IMG/VR virus record: IMGVR_UViG_3300031464_000088
Coordinates: 1-37,108 of that record
DNA: 37,108 nucleotides
Origin: a virus
Taxonomy: Duplodnaviria; Caudoviricetes
Strand: one strand, 5' to 3'
In this document: positions 1-7,850 of the stretch, piece after piece
How the letters are laid out: every line of letters starts with the position of its first letter
Position numbering within the stretch: position 1 is the first letter of the stretch
Translations under genes and position numbers: made by a program
Notes under the pieces: model-generated
The model's database searches: none
What the model was told of the DNA's origin: nothing
What the model saw: the letters and a program-made list of their open reading frames with translations, nothing else

Positions 1-306
1 ACGATCGAGCGCGAAGAGCTGTCGAAGGCATTTCGCGACGTGTTCGCGACGGCAGCCGGCAAGCGCGTGCTGTTCTGGATGCTGGAACAGTGCGCGATCT
101 ACCAGGACGCATACGCGGGCGACAACAACGCGACCAACTACACGTTGGGCCGGCAATCGGTGGGACGGCGGCTGATCGGCATGCTCGATCAGATTGATCC
201 GCGGCTCTACCCGAAGCTGTTGCTGGCTGTTGCGGACCTGAAGCTCATCGATCGAGCGGCAGCGCAACGCGGGTCGCATCAGGAGGAAGAGGAAGATGAG
301 GAATAG
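1..306 (+). CDS. Bbp19-like protein (gene between portal and scaffold), 5'-truncated
   Basis: Frame is open from base 1. Motif F..A.GKRVL.W.L..C..Y....... GRQ.VG, located directly upstream of the scaffold gene. Confidence 0.7.
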   Translation, partial: TIEREELSKAFRDVFATAAGKRVLFWMLEQCAIYQDAYAGDNNATNYTLGRQSVGRRLIGMLDQIDPRLYPKLLLAVADLKLIDRAAAQRGSHQEEEEDEE

Positions 307-1078
307 GTTTCTCGGTGGTGTCAGCCTGCTCGCGATGATCCTGCTCGCGCCTGATGACGGCGGCGGCGCGGGTGGCGGCGACCCAAAGCCACCGGAGAAC
401 GTGCTGTTCCCCAACGATGGCGATCAGGGCAATAAGGACCAGGCCGGCGGCGACGGCGATAAGGGCGCTGGCGAATGGAAAGAATACGTTCCCGATCCGA
501 ACAAGTCGGACGAAGAGAACGCGCGGCTTAAAGCCGAGCACGACAAAACGAAGCCGACCGCAAAAGACGACAAGGGCAAAGACGATCTCGATACCGTTCC
601 CGAGGATGGCAAGTACGAGCTGACGATGCCTGAAGGCGTCGAGTTGGATGCCGAATTGCTCGATGCAGTTTCGTCCGATCTGAAAGCGAAAGGCTACACG
701 AGGCGCGAGGCGCAAAGTCTCGCGGACAAATTCATCAAGGTCCAGCAGGAGCGCGAGATGAAGCGCGCCGCGGATTGGGCCGACACGATCCAGAAGTGGG
801 CCGACGATGCGAAGGCCGACAAAGAGATCGGAGGCGACAAGTGGGAAGCCACTGTCGTCGCTTCACGCCGGGCGGTCGATAGGCTCGGGACGCCAGCGCT
901 CAAAGAATATTTGAATGCGACTGGTGGCGGTAACCATCCGGAGCTTATTCGGTTCATGGCGAAAGTCGGGGCGATGATCAAAGAGGACAATCCCCCAACA
1001 GGCGGCGCGGAGGGGGCGGGCAAGCCCGTCGATCCCGCTCACGTGCTCTTTCCCAACGATGTTCCGAAAGGCGGGTGA
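296..1078 (+). CDS. Capsid scaffolding/assembly protein (epsilon15 gp6-like)
   Basis: Acidic low-complexity N-terminus; VPE..YEL.MPEG, W......DKEIGG and G.GNHPELIRF..KVG..I.ED motifs; directly precedes the major capsid gene; GAGGAAG SD. Confidence 0.8.
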   Translation: MRNRFLGGVSLLAMILLAPDDGGGAGGGDPKPPENVLFPNDGDQGNKDQAGGDGDKGAGEWKEYVPDPNKSDEENARLKAEHDKTKPTAKDDKGKDDLDTVPEDGKYELTMPEGVELDAELLDAVSSDLKAKGYTRREAQSLADKFIKVQQEREMKRAADWADTIQKWADDAKADKEIGGDKWEATVVASRRAVDRLGTPALKEYLNATGGGNHPELIRFMAKVGAMIKEDNPPTGGAEGAGKPVDPAHVLFPNDVPKGG

Positions 1079-1080
1079 CA

Positions 1081-2094
1081 ATGGCGACAATCGGCAATTC
1101 CTATCCCTCCCTCATTGATGCCTATAAGGGCTCGATGGAGGGCACTGTTGTTGAAATCCTCAATCGTCAAAATCCCATTCTTGACGATGCGATCGCAACA
1201 CAGTGCAACATGGACTCCGTTCACCGGCACATGATCCGCACTGGATTGCCGAGCGTTTCCTGGGGCCGGCTGTATCAGGGCATCCCTCAGTCCAAGGCGA
1301 CGATGCAGCAGGTTGACGACACGACAGGCTTCCTTGAGGCCGCGTCGCAGGTCGATACCCGCCTCCTCGCGCTTGCGCCCGATCCGGCCAAGCAGCGTCT
1401 CACGGATAGCGCTCCCTATCTGGAGGCGATGAACCAGGAGATGGCGACAGGCATCTTCTACCACGACACGGCCACGACGCCCGAAAAGTTCAAGGGCTTG
1501 GCAGCACGTTACAACGTGCGCGGTGGCGCTGGGGCCGGCAACCAGGTCATCCACGGCGGCGGTTCCGGAAACGACAACACCTCGATTTGGTTCGTCACGT
1601 GGGGCGATCATGCGACCTCGCTGCTCTATCCGAAGGGCACGAAGGCTGGTGTCGCGATCGAGGACAAGGGCGAGCAGCGCGTTACCGATGCCAACGGCAA
1701 TCCGTACTACGTCAAGGAGACGTTGTTCCGCTGGCATATCGGCATGTTCGTGAAGGATTGGCGCTATAACGCGCGCATCGCGAACATCGACGTAAGTGAT
1801 ATGCTGGCCGGCAACGTCGATCTGTGGGCGCTGATGCGCAAGGCGTACTACCGGCTCCAGTCGCGCCGTCGCGACAGCATTTCGAGCCGGATCGCGATCT
1901 ACATGAACCGCGACGTGCTCGAAGTCCTCGATGCTCAATCGACTGACCGCGGTCTCACCGCGAGCCGGGAGAACTACACGTCGCTCAAGCCGGCAAACGT
2001 CGAGGGCAAGGAAGTGCTCACGTATCGCGGCATTCCAATCCGCGAAACCGACGCACTGCTCAACACGGAGGCTCTTGTTCCCGTAGCCGCCTGA
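1081..2094 (+). CDS. Major capsid protein (epsilon15 gp7/BPP-1 Bbp17-like, HK97 fold)
   Basis: About 337 aa. Motifs VEIL...NPILDD, RTGLP.V.W, F.GLAARY, TSIW.V.WG, G.FVKDWRY.ARIANID and RGIPIRETDALLNTEA. Alternative GTG start at 1075. Confidence 0.92.
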   Translation: MATIGNSYPSLIDAYKGSMEGTVVEILNRQNPILDDAIATQCNMDSVHRHMIRTGLPSVSWGRLYQGIPQSKATMQQVDDTTGFLEAASQVDTRLLALAPDPAKQRLTDSAPYLEAMNQEMATGIFYHDTATTPEKFKGLAARYNVRGGAGAGNQVIHGGGSGNDNTSIWFVTWGDHATSLLYPKGTKAGVAIEDKGEQRVTDANGNPYYVKETLFRWHIGMFVKDWRYNARIANIDVSDMLAGNVDLWALMRKAYYRLQSRRRDSISSRIAIYMNRDVLEVLDAQSTDRGLTASRENYTSLKPANVEGKEVLTYRGIPIRETDALLNTEALVPVAA

Positions 2095-2101
2095 TCTGGC
2101 T

Positions 2102-2119
2102 GGCCCGCTTCGGCGGGCC
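2102..2119 (+). other. GC-rich UUCG-loop hairpin after the capsid gene (mRNA stabiliser or weak attenuator)
   Basis: ggcccgc-ttcg-gcgggcc with no U-tract. Confidence 0.5.
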
Positions 2120-2161
2120 GCCGTCTCCTCATGGCCGGAAGGACGAACGAAAGGCAGTCCA

Positions 2162-2593
2162 ATGATTTTCGATAAAACGCTCCTGCTCTCCGATGCTCAA
2201 GCTATCACCGCTGGCGCTCCATCGGACAACACCATCGATCTCGGCGCGACCGGCCGGGCGATGTTCGCAGCCGCTGATCTCGTGCGCGATGTCGGCAAGG
2301 GCATTCCGCTCCTGATCCAGGTTGTCGAGGACTTTGACGCGGCCGGCGCGGCCACGCTCACGATCTTCCTGCAAACGGACAGCGACGACAGCTTCGCCTC
2401 GCCGAAGACGGTCGCGGTCACTCCTGCGCTCGATCTGGCGACCCTCAAGGCAGGCTATCAGGTCAACTTCGATTACATCCCGCGAGGGGTGGATGAGCGC
2501 TACATGCGGCTCAGCTATTCGGTGCTTACCGGCCCGATGACGGCTGGCAAGATCACCGCTGGCGTCACCATGGGGAACCAGACGAATGGCTAA
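2162..2593 (+). CDS. Bbp16-like capsid cement/decoration protein
   Basis: MI.DK.L..SDAQAITA...S.N.IDLG start, LQT....F.SP, RY.RL.Y.V..GP.TAGKITAG end; follows the capsid gene. Confidence 0.85.
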   Translation: MIFDKTLLLSDAQAITAGAPSDNTIDLGATGRAMFAAADLVRDVGKGIPLLIQVVEDFDAAGAATLTIFLQTDSDDSFASPKTVAVTPALDLATLKAGYQVNFDYIPRGVDERYMRLSYSVLTGPMTAGKITAGVTMGNQTNG

Positions 2594-3083
2594 GGTTGTC
2601 GCGAAAGAAAGGGGCTACTTCGGCGGCGAAATCCGCGAGCCCGGTGCGCGCTTCTTCGTTCCCGATGATCTGTGGCAGGACAAGGCGCGCCGGCCGAAGT
2701 GGGCCAAGCTCGATCCTGCCCATGCCTTCGGCGGCAAGGGCGATCACGACGGCGACAGATCGGTCGGCGGATCGAAGCCAAAGCCGCCTTCCGAGCCTGC
2801 CGGCGACAAGGCTGGCGTCGTGATCCCGGCCGATTGGCAGAACAAGTCGGCGGCCGAACGCAGGGCGCTCGCCAAGGCGATCACCGGGCAGAACGTTCCA
2901 AACGCGACGGAAGCGGACAAGATCATCTCGGCCTATGTCGAGACGACGAAGCCCGAGGTATTCGGCGACGCGCCCGAGCCCGAGACTGTGAGGCCCGGCA
3001 ACGGCCTTCAGGACGCGCTTGGTGGTGTGCAGCCGGATTGGGTCGCGCCCGATCCTGACACGCCGAAGCCGGTCGCCGATTAA
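2586..3083 (+). CDS. Hypothetical head-module protein
   Basis: 165 aa; A..RGYFGG.IRE.G..F N-terminal module, DHDGD motif and a short helical HeH-like segment; overlaps the upstream stop. Confidence 0.7.
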   Translation: MAKVVAKERGYFGGEIREPGARFFVPDDLWQDKARRPKWAKLDPAHAFGGKGDHDGDRSVGGSKPKPPSEPAGDKAGVVIPADWQNKSAAERRALAKAITGQNVPNATEADKIISAYVETTKPEVFGDAPEPETVRPGNGLQDALGGVQPDWVAPDPDTPKPVAD

Positions 3084-3087
3084 ACGG

Positions 3088-3112
3088 ATGAGCGGTTTCG
3101 GCCGCTCATTTT
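3088..3112 (+). terminator. Intrinsic terminator
   Basis: atgagcggt-ttcg-gccgctcat followed by a T run, immediately after the stop at 3083. Confidence 0.75.
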
Positions 3113-3136
3113 CACACTTGGCTTAAGGGGCTGAAT

Positions 3137-3259
3137 ATGTCGATCAAGCAAGAGATCAAGGCTGGGTGGGAAGCGTTTCTCGCAACGGTCAAAGCCTCTC
3201 CCGCGGCGTTTGCTTACGGCATTGGCATTGGCTTCGTGGCCGGCGCGATCCTCTTCTGA
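3137..3259 (+). CDS. Small 40-aa membrane protein (not in the ORF track)
   Basis: MSIKQEIKAGWEAFLATVKASPAAFAYGIGIGFVAGAILF*. AAGGGG SD upstream; its stop is 2 nt before the next ATG. Confidence 0.7.
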   Translation: MSIKQEIKAGWEAFLATVKASPAAFAYGIGIGFVAGAILF

Positions 3260-3261
3260 CC

Positions 3262-3555
3262 ATGAAGCTCGCCAGCCTCAAACAGACATACGGCGATGTT
3301 TCCAGCAAGCCGGCCGGCGCTGAAAGCGACGAATACTATCCATCGCTCTATCTCGACGAAAAGCAGATCGAGGCGATGGGAGTGGAGACGGTTCGCGTCG
3401 GAACGGAAATGGCAATGCTCGCGACCGTCCGCGTTTCGAGCATGAGCGAAAGCAAGAACGGCTCGCGCTCGATGTCATTGGAGATCATCGAAGCCGGCCT
3501 GAAGCCCAAGGAGAAGGAAAAGGACGCCGCGTCGATCCTGTTTCCTAACGGATGA
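3262..3555 (+). CDS. Capsid staple protein (epsilon15 gp10-like)
   Basis: True start is probably ATG 3262 (MKLASLK). YP.LYLD....VG.E..M.A.V.V.S.S....SLEI....L.P...DA..ILFPNG resembles epsilon15 gp10 as recalled. Confidence 0.7.
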   Translation: MKLASLKQTYGDVSSKPAGAESDEYYPSLYLDEKQIEAMGVETVRVGTEMAMLATVRVSSMSESKNGSRSMSLEIIEAGLKPKEKEKDAASILFPNG

Positions 3556-3837
3556 ATGGCCGCGATTTACAACGAACAACGCGTGCTCGGGGTGCGCCTC
3601 GTCGCTGACGGCACGAAGCTCTACAACAACCGACCCGCGATCGGCATCACTGCGGCTGCGGATGGCGTCATGTTCGTCGGTAATAAGCGCGTTCGGGGTG
3701 TTGCGGTTCTCACAACAGACGTTGCCATTCAAAACGATCAACCTGTCGTCGGAGCGGTTCTGATCGAGGACGGTCGCACGCTCTACAATCACCGCGAGGT
3801 CGTGCCCGTCCGCGCTGTCAGCGGGGTGCTGGCATGA
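3556..3837 (+). CDS. Hypothetical protein with ~18-aa internal repeats
   Basis: Tightly packed between its neighbours; five units of the form (Y/F)-N-x-(R/Q)-x-V-x-G-V-x-x-x-x-D-G. Confidence 0.75.
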   Translation: MAAIYNEQRVLGVRLVADGTKLYNNRPAIGITAAADGVMFVGNKRVRGVAVLTTDVAIQNDQPVVGAVLIEDGRTLYNHREVVPVRAVSGVLA

Positions 3838-4448
3838 GTTCAGAGGTTTACATCTGCAACCTGGCGCTCTCGAACATCGGCAAGACGAACATCAACGATC
3901 TTGCAGAAGCGAGCGCGGAAGCGCGCGCGTGCAATCAGTTTTACGCGCACACCCGAGACACGCTGCTGCAAGCGTATCCGTGGCGCAAGGCGCGCAAGAC
4001 GCAATCCCTTGCCGAGGTTGCGAACGATAAGCCGGGCCGCTGGCGGTATGCCTATCGCATTCCGAACGATTGTTTGAAGGTCCTGTGGATCAGATCGGAA
4101 CAAGAGATCGGCGGCGCGCCGGGCAGTGCCGAGATCCACGCGGATGATACGCAGCAGAACCATCCTTATGAGATCGAGGGCCAGACGCTCTACTGCAACC
4201 TGTCGCCCTGCTACCTGACCTATACGTTCCGCCTGACCGATCCGACGAAATTCACGCCGCTGTTCATCGAAGCTCTAGGCTGGCATCTGGCCGTGCGCCT
4301 CGCCATGCCGCTGACGCGCGATCCGAAGGTCCGGGCCGATGCTTTCCAGCTCGCGATGCAAATGCAAATCGCGGCCGAAATCGCTGACGCAAACGAGGTT
4401 CGCGAGACATCGGATCACGACAGCGAGTTGATCGAGGCGCGTGGCTGA
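3834..4448 (+). CDS. Head-tail adaptor (tail tubular protein A-like)
   Basis: S.V.ICNLALS.IG, RD.LL..YPW..A, W.YAY..P.DCL and F.EAL...LA..LA..LT motifs. Confidence 0.88.
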   Translation: MSSEVYICNLALSNIGKTNINDLAEASAEARACNQFYAHTRDTLLQAYPWRKARKTQSLAEVANDKPGRWRYAYRIPNDCLKVLWIRSEQEIGGAPGSAEIHADDTQQNHPYEIEGQTLYCNLSPCYLTYTFRLTDPTKFTPLFIEALGWHLAVRLAMPLTRDPKVRADAFQLAMQMQIAAEIADANEVRETSDHDSELIEARG

Positions 4449-6874
4449 TGGCTGATCTGCGCGCTTACCAACCCGCATTCACTGCCGGCGAGCTGTCCCC
4501 AGCGCTGGGCGCTCGCGTCGATCTTGCGAAGTTCTCGACGGGCCTCCGGACCGCGCTCAATCTCTTCATTCACCCGCACGGCGGCGCGTCGAACCGGGCC
4601 GGATTAGAGTTCGTCGGCCAAGTGAAGAACAGCGCGCACTATGCGCGCGCCATTCCTTTCCAGTTCAATACCGAGCAATCCTATATCCTGGAACTCGGGG
4701 ATCACTATCTGCGCGTCTACCGCAACGGCGGCCTCGTCCTCTTGAACGGCAGCCCCTATGAGGCAGCGACGCCATTCGCACACACTGAGATCGACGAGCT
4801 GGTGTTCATTCAGGAGGCCGATGTCATGTACATCTGCCATCCTGATCACCCGCCTCAAAAGCTATCGAGGCTGGCCGATAATGACTGGACGATAGGGGCA
4901 GTTTCATTCACGCCTTCCATCCAGCCTCCGACCAATGTTGCCGTAGCAGCTTCATTCAAATACCGCTCCGGCAGCCGCGGAACATATAATTTCAGGGTGA
5001 CGAGCATCAGCGCGACTGACGCCGAAAGCGCTATAAGCGGGACCTCTAACGGCGTGTCATTCCAATACCAGAATGACGACGGTCGCTACATGCGGGTGAC
5101 ATGGAACAAGGTCCCTGGCGCGGTCGCATACAACGTCTATCGACACAACGGGTCTGGCGTTACTGGCCTTGTGGGGACCGTTTTCAGCAACGAAATCGAA
5201 TTTCCATCAGGCGACGTTGTTGGCGATACGGCGCATTTGTGGCCAAGCTCGTCTCAGCCTGGCGCTCCAGCAGTGCCGACAAACGTGCGGGCGTCAGTGG
5301 AGTTCGGCAAGGTGTACACCTACGTCGTCGCTGCGGTCGCTGAAGAAACTGGTGAGGAAAGCCTTCCCTCCGCTTCGGCCTCCGTCAATAACGATATGAA
5401 GTTCGCAGGGAACAGAAACATCATCACTTGGGACCCGGTTCCTGGCGCTTCGGCTTACATCATCTATCGCGAAGATAACGGCGTCTATGGATATATCGGT
5501 CGTTCCGAGACGACTTCCTTCGTCGATGAAAACATTACTCCTGATCTGGCTGATGGGCCTCAACAGGCTCGCAACCCATTTGTCGGGGCCGGCAATTATC
5601 CGCGCTGCGCAACCTTCGTCGAACAACGTCTCGGCTTCTTCTCAACCCGGAATGATCCGCAGGCGGCGTGGCTTTCGCAGTCTGCCAACTATGAAAATTT
5701 CGGCGTTTCTGAACCGGCGAAACCGAGCGATGCGGTCACGTTCCGGATCAAAGCCCGGCAGGTCAACGAAATCCGCTCCGCTCTCGCGCTGCGCGGGCTG
5801 ATGCTGCTCACGTCTGGTGGCGAGTGGGTCGTCAGCGGCGGCAGCAATTCCGATGCGATCTCACCGTCAGACATCAAGATTGAGCCGCAGGGATATCGCG
5901 GCTCGTCGCTCGTTCAGCCGATCGTTGTCGGGAACACGGTGCTCTTCGCCCAGGAGCGCGGCGGCGTGGTGCGCGATATGTCGTACCAGTTCGCTGACGA
6001 CGCGTTCGTTGGCAAAGATTTGACGATCCTCGCGCGCCATCTTTTCGAGGGCAAGGAGATCAAGGCGTGGGCCTACGCGCAATCTCCATATTCGATCGCG
6101 TGGGTCGTGCTCGATGACGGATCGCTCGTTTCGCTCACCTACATCAAAGAGCACGAGGTTTGGGCCTGGACGCGGCACGCAAGTGGGGCCGGCGCGTATT
6201 TCGAGGACGTGGCGGTCATTGCCGAGAACAAAGAGGACGTGCCCTATTTCATCGTGCGCCGCACGATCAAAGGGCAGACAGTGCGGTATATCGAGCGGCT
6301 TCACACGCGCTCGTTCAAGTCGATCGAGGATGCGTTCTTCGTCGATTGCGGCCTGACCTACGACGGCCCGCCGGCCACAACGATAACCGGGCTGGATCAT
6401 CTCGAAGGCGAGGAAGTGGTCGCGCTCGCTGACGGCAACGTCGTGCGCAATCTCACTGTGGGGCCTGTGGCCGGCGGCATAGGCGTCACGCTGCCCAACG
6501 CGGCCTCGAAGATCCATATCGGCCTGTCCATGATCGCTGCGCTCGAAACGCTCGATCTCGATCTCGGGCAGCTCGAAGGGCTCGGAACCGTGCAAGGCCG
6601 CATGAAGTCGGTCAGCGAAGTAACACTGCGCGTCGAGAAAACGCGCGGCATCTTCATCGGACCAAAGGACGGAGATCGCAACAGCCCGCATCTGGTCGAG
6701 TACAAGCAACGCTCAACCGAGGCATGGGGCGAAGCAATCCAGATGTACACGGGCGACATTCGCATCACGCCGCATTGGGATTGGAACACGTCTGGCTCGA
6801 TGTGGGTGAAGCAGTTCGATCCTCTGCCCATGACCATTCTCGCCATCATGCCGGACGTTACCATTGGCCGCTAA
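4448..6874 (+). CDS. Tail nozzle (tail tubular protein B-like)
   Basis: 808 aa. QPAF.AGELSP.L..R.DL start, QEADVMY..HP..PP, YPR...F.EQRL, DLT.LA.HLF, V.AW.RH, YIERL, FFVDCG and PLPMTILA motifs. Confidence 0.9.
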   Translation: MADLRAYQPAFTAGELSPALGARVDLAKFSTGLRTALNLFIHPHGGASNRAGLEFVGQVKNSAHYARAIPFQFNTEQSYILELGDHYLRVYRNGGLVLLNGSPYEAATPFAHTEIDELVFIQEADVMYICHPDHPPQKLSRLADNDWTIGAVSFTPSIQPPTNVAVAASFKYRSGSRGTYNFRVTSISATDAESAISGTSNGVSFQYQNDDGRYMRVTWNKVPGAVAYNVYRHNGSGVTGLVGTVFSNEIEFPSGDVVGDTAHLWPSSSQPGAPAVPTNVRASVEFGKVYTYVVAAVAEETGEESLPSASASVNNDMKFAGNRNIITWDPVPGASAYIIYREDNGVYGYIGRSETTSFVDENITPDLADGPQQARNPFVGAGNYPRCATFVEQRLGFFSTRNDPQAAWLSQSANYENFGVSEPAKPSDAVTFRIKARQVNEIRSALALRGLMLLTSGGEWVVSGGSNSDAISPSDIKIEPQGYRGSSLVQPIVVGNTVLFAQERGGVVRDMSYQFADDAFVGKDLTILARHLFEGKEIKAWAYAQSPYSIAWVVLDDGSLVSLTYIKEHEVWAWTRHASGAGAYFEDVAVIAENKEDVPYFIVRRTIKGQTVRYIERLHTRSFKSIEDAFFVDCGLTYDGPPATTITGLDHLEGEEVVALADGNVVRNLTVGPVAGGIGVTLPNAASKIHIGLSMIAALETLDLDLGQLEGLGTVQGRMKSVSEVTLRVEKTRGIFIGPKDGDRNSPHLVEYKQRSTEAWGEAIQMYTGDIRITPHWDWNTSGSMWVKQFDPLPMTILAIMPDVTIGR

Positions 6875-7331
6875 AATCGAAATCGTTCCGGCGCGAGCTG
6901 CGCACGTCAGGACCATCGCCCGTCGCATGCGCAAGGCGGATCGGGATGAGGTCAAGGCCGCGTCGGGCAAGTCGCCTTTCGAGGCGCTGGCCTATTCGCT
7001 GCGCAAGTCGTCAGCCGCATGGACCGCCATGGTCGACGGTCGTCCAGAGGTCATGTTCGGCGTCGGTGACATCAATATTCTGACCGGCGTCGGCGCGCCT
7101 TGGCTGCTGGGAACGGATGCCGTCGAAAAACACTACGTCGCGTTTCTTCGCCATTCGGTGAGTTGGCGGGATCAACTGTTGCGGCGCTATCCGGTGCTGA
7201 GAAATTTCGTGGATGATCGGAACCGTGTTGCGATCCGTTGGCTTCGATGGCTCGGGTTCACGCTCTCCGATCCCGTCCAGATGCGAGGCCGCGCGTTCCG
7301 CATGTTTGAGCTGAGGACGCCCGATGTGTGA
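6864..7331 (+). CDS. GNAT-fold internal virion protein A-like (T7 gp13-like)
   Basis: MR..DR.E, G.PWLLGTD, L.NFVD.RN..AIRWL.WLGF motifs; follows the nozzle gene. Confidence 0.8.
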   Translation: MAAKIEIVPARAAHVRTIARRMRKADRDEVKAASGKSPFEALAYSLRKSSAAWTAMVDGRPEVMFGVGDINILTGVGAPWLLGTDAVEKHYVAFLRHSVSWRDQLLRRYPVLRNFVDDRNRVAIRWLRWLGFTLSDPVQMRGRAFRMFELRTPDV

Positions 7332-7842
7332 CTTGATGATGGCGCTCACGATCGGATCGACGATCATGGGCGCGGCCGGACAGATGCAGCAAACCCAGGC
7401 GACGGCCGCGGCGGACAGGTACAACGCCCAAATCGCAGACATGAATGCGAGGCTTGCCGAGCGGCGCGCCAAGGACGCTATCGAGCGCGGGGCGAAAGAA
7501 GAGCAGCGCAAGCGCATGGAGGTCGCAAAGATTGTGGGCGCTCAGAAAGCGGCCATGGCGGCGAGCGGTGTCGATCTGACCTTCGGATCGCCGCTCGATG
7601 TGATCGTTGATACTGCCGTGCTCGGCGAACTCGACGCGCTCACGATCCGCAGCAACGCCTATCGCGAGGCGCATGACCATCGGGTCGATGCGGTGAGCAG
7701 GCGGGCTGGGGCGCAACTGCACCGAATGCAGGCCAGGAGCGCGACCGCAGGCGGCTATCTGCAAGCTGCCGGCACGATCCTCGGCGGTGCTGGCAAGGCT
7801 TATGGGCAATACAAACAATCGACGATCGGCGTAATTTCGTGA
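7324..7842 (+). CDS. Small ejection protein (T7 gp14-like internal virion protein B)
   Basis: MC start, Ala/Gln-rich helix, QKAAMAASGVD...GSPLD....T...GELDALTIR.NA motif. Confidence 0.85.
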   Translation: MCDLMMALTIGSTIMGAAGQMQQTQATAAADRYNAQIADMNARLAERRAKDAIERGAKEEQRKRMEVAKIVGAQKAAMAASGVDLTFGSPLDVIVDTAVLGELDALTIRSNAYREAHDHRVDAVSRRAGAQLHRMQARSATAGGYLQAAGTILGGAGKAYGQYKQSTIGVIS

Positions 7843-7850
7843 GGTAAGGC

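Noticed and set aside
1182-1200. Operator half-sites ATCGCAACA inside coding regions (also near 19355 and 29128)
   Set aside because: Only one arm matches and they lie within genes, so they are compatible with chance. The 29128 copy cannot be fully excluded.
3166-3261. N-terminal extension of the staple ORF in the ORF track
   Set aside because: It overlaps a better-supported 40-aa ORF; ATG 3262 fits the expected protein start.
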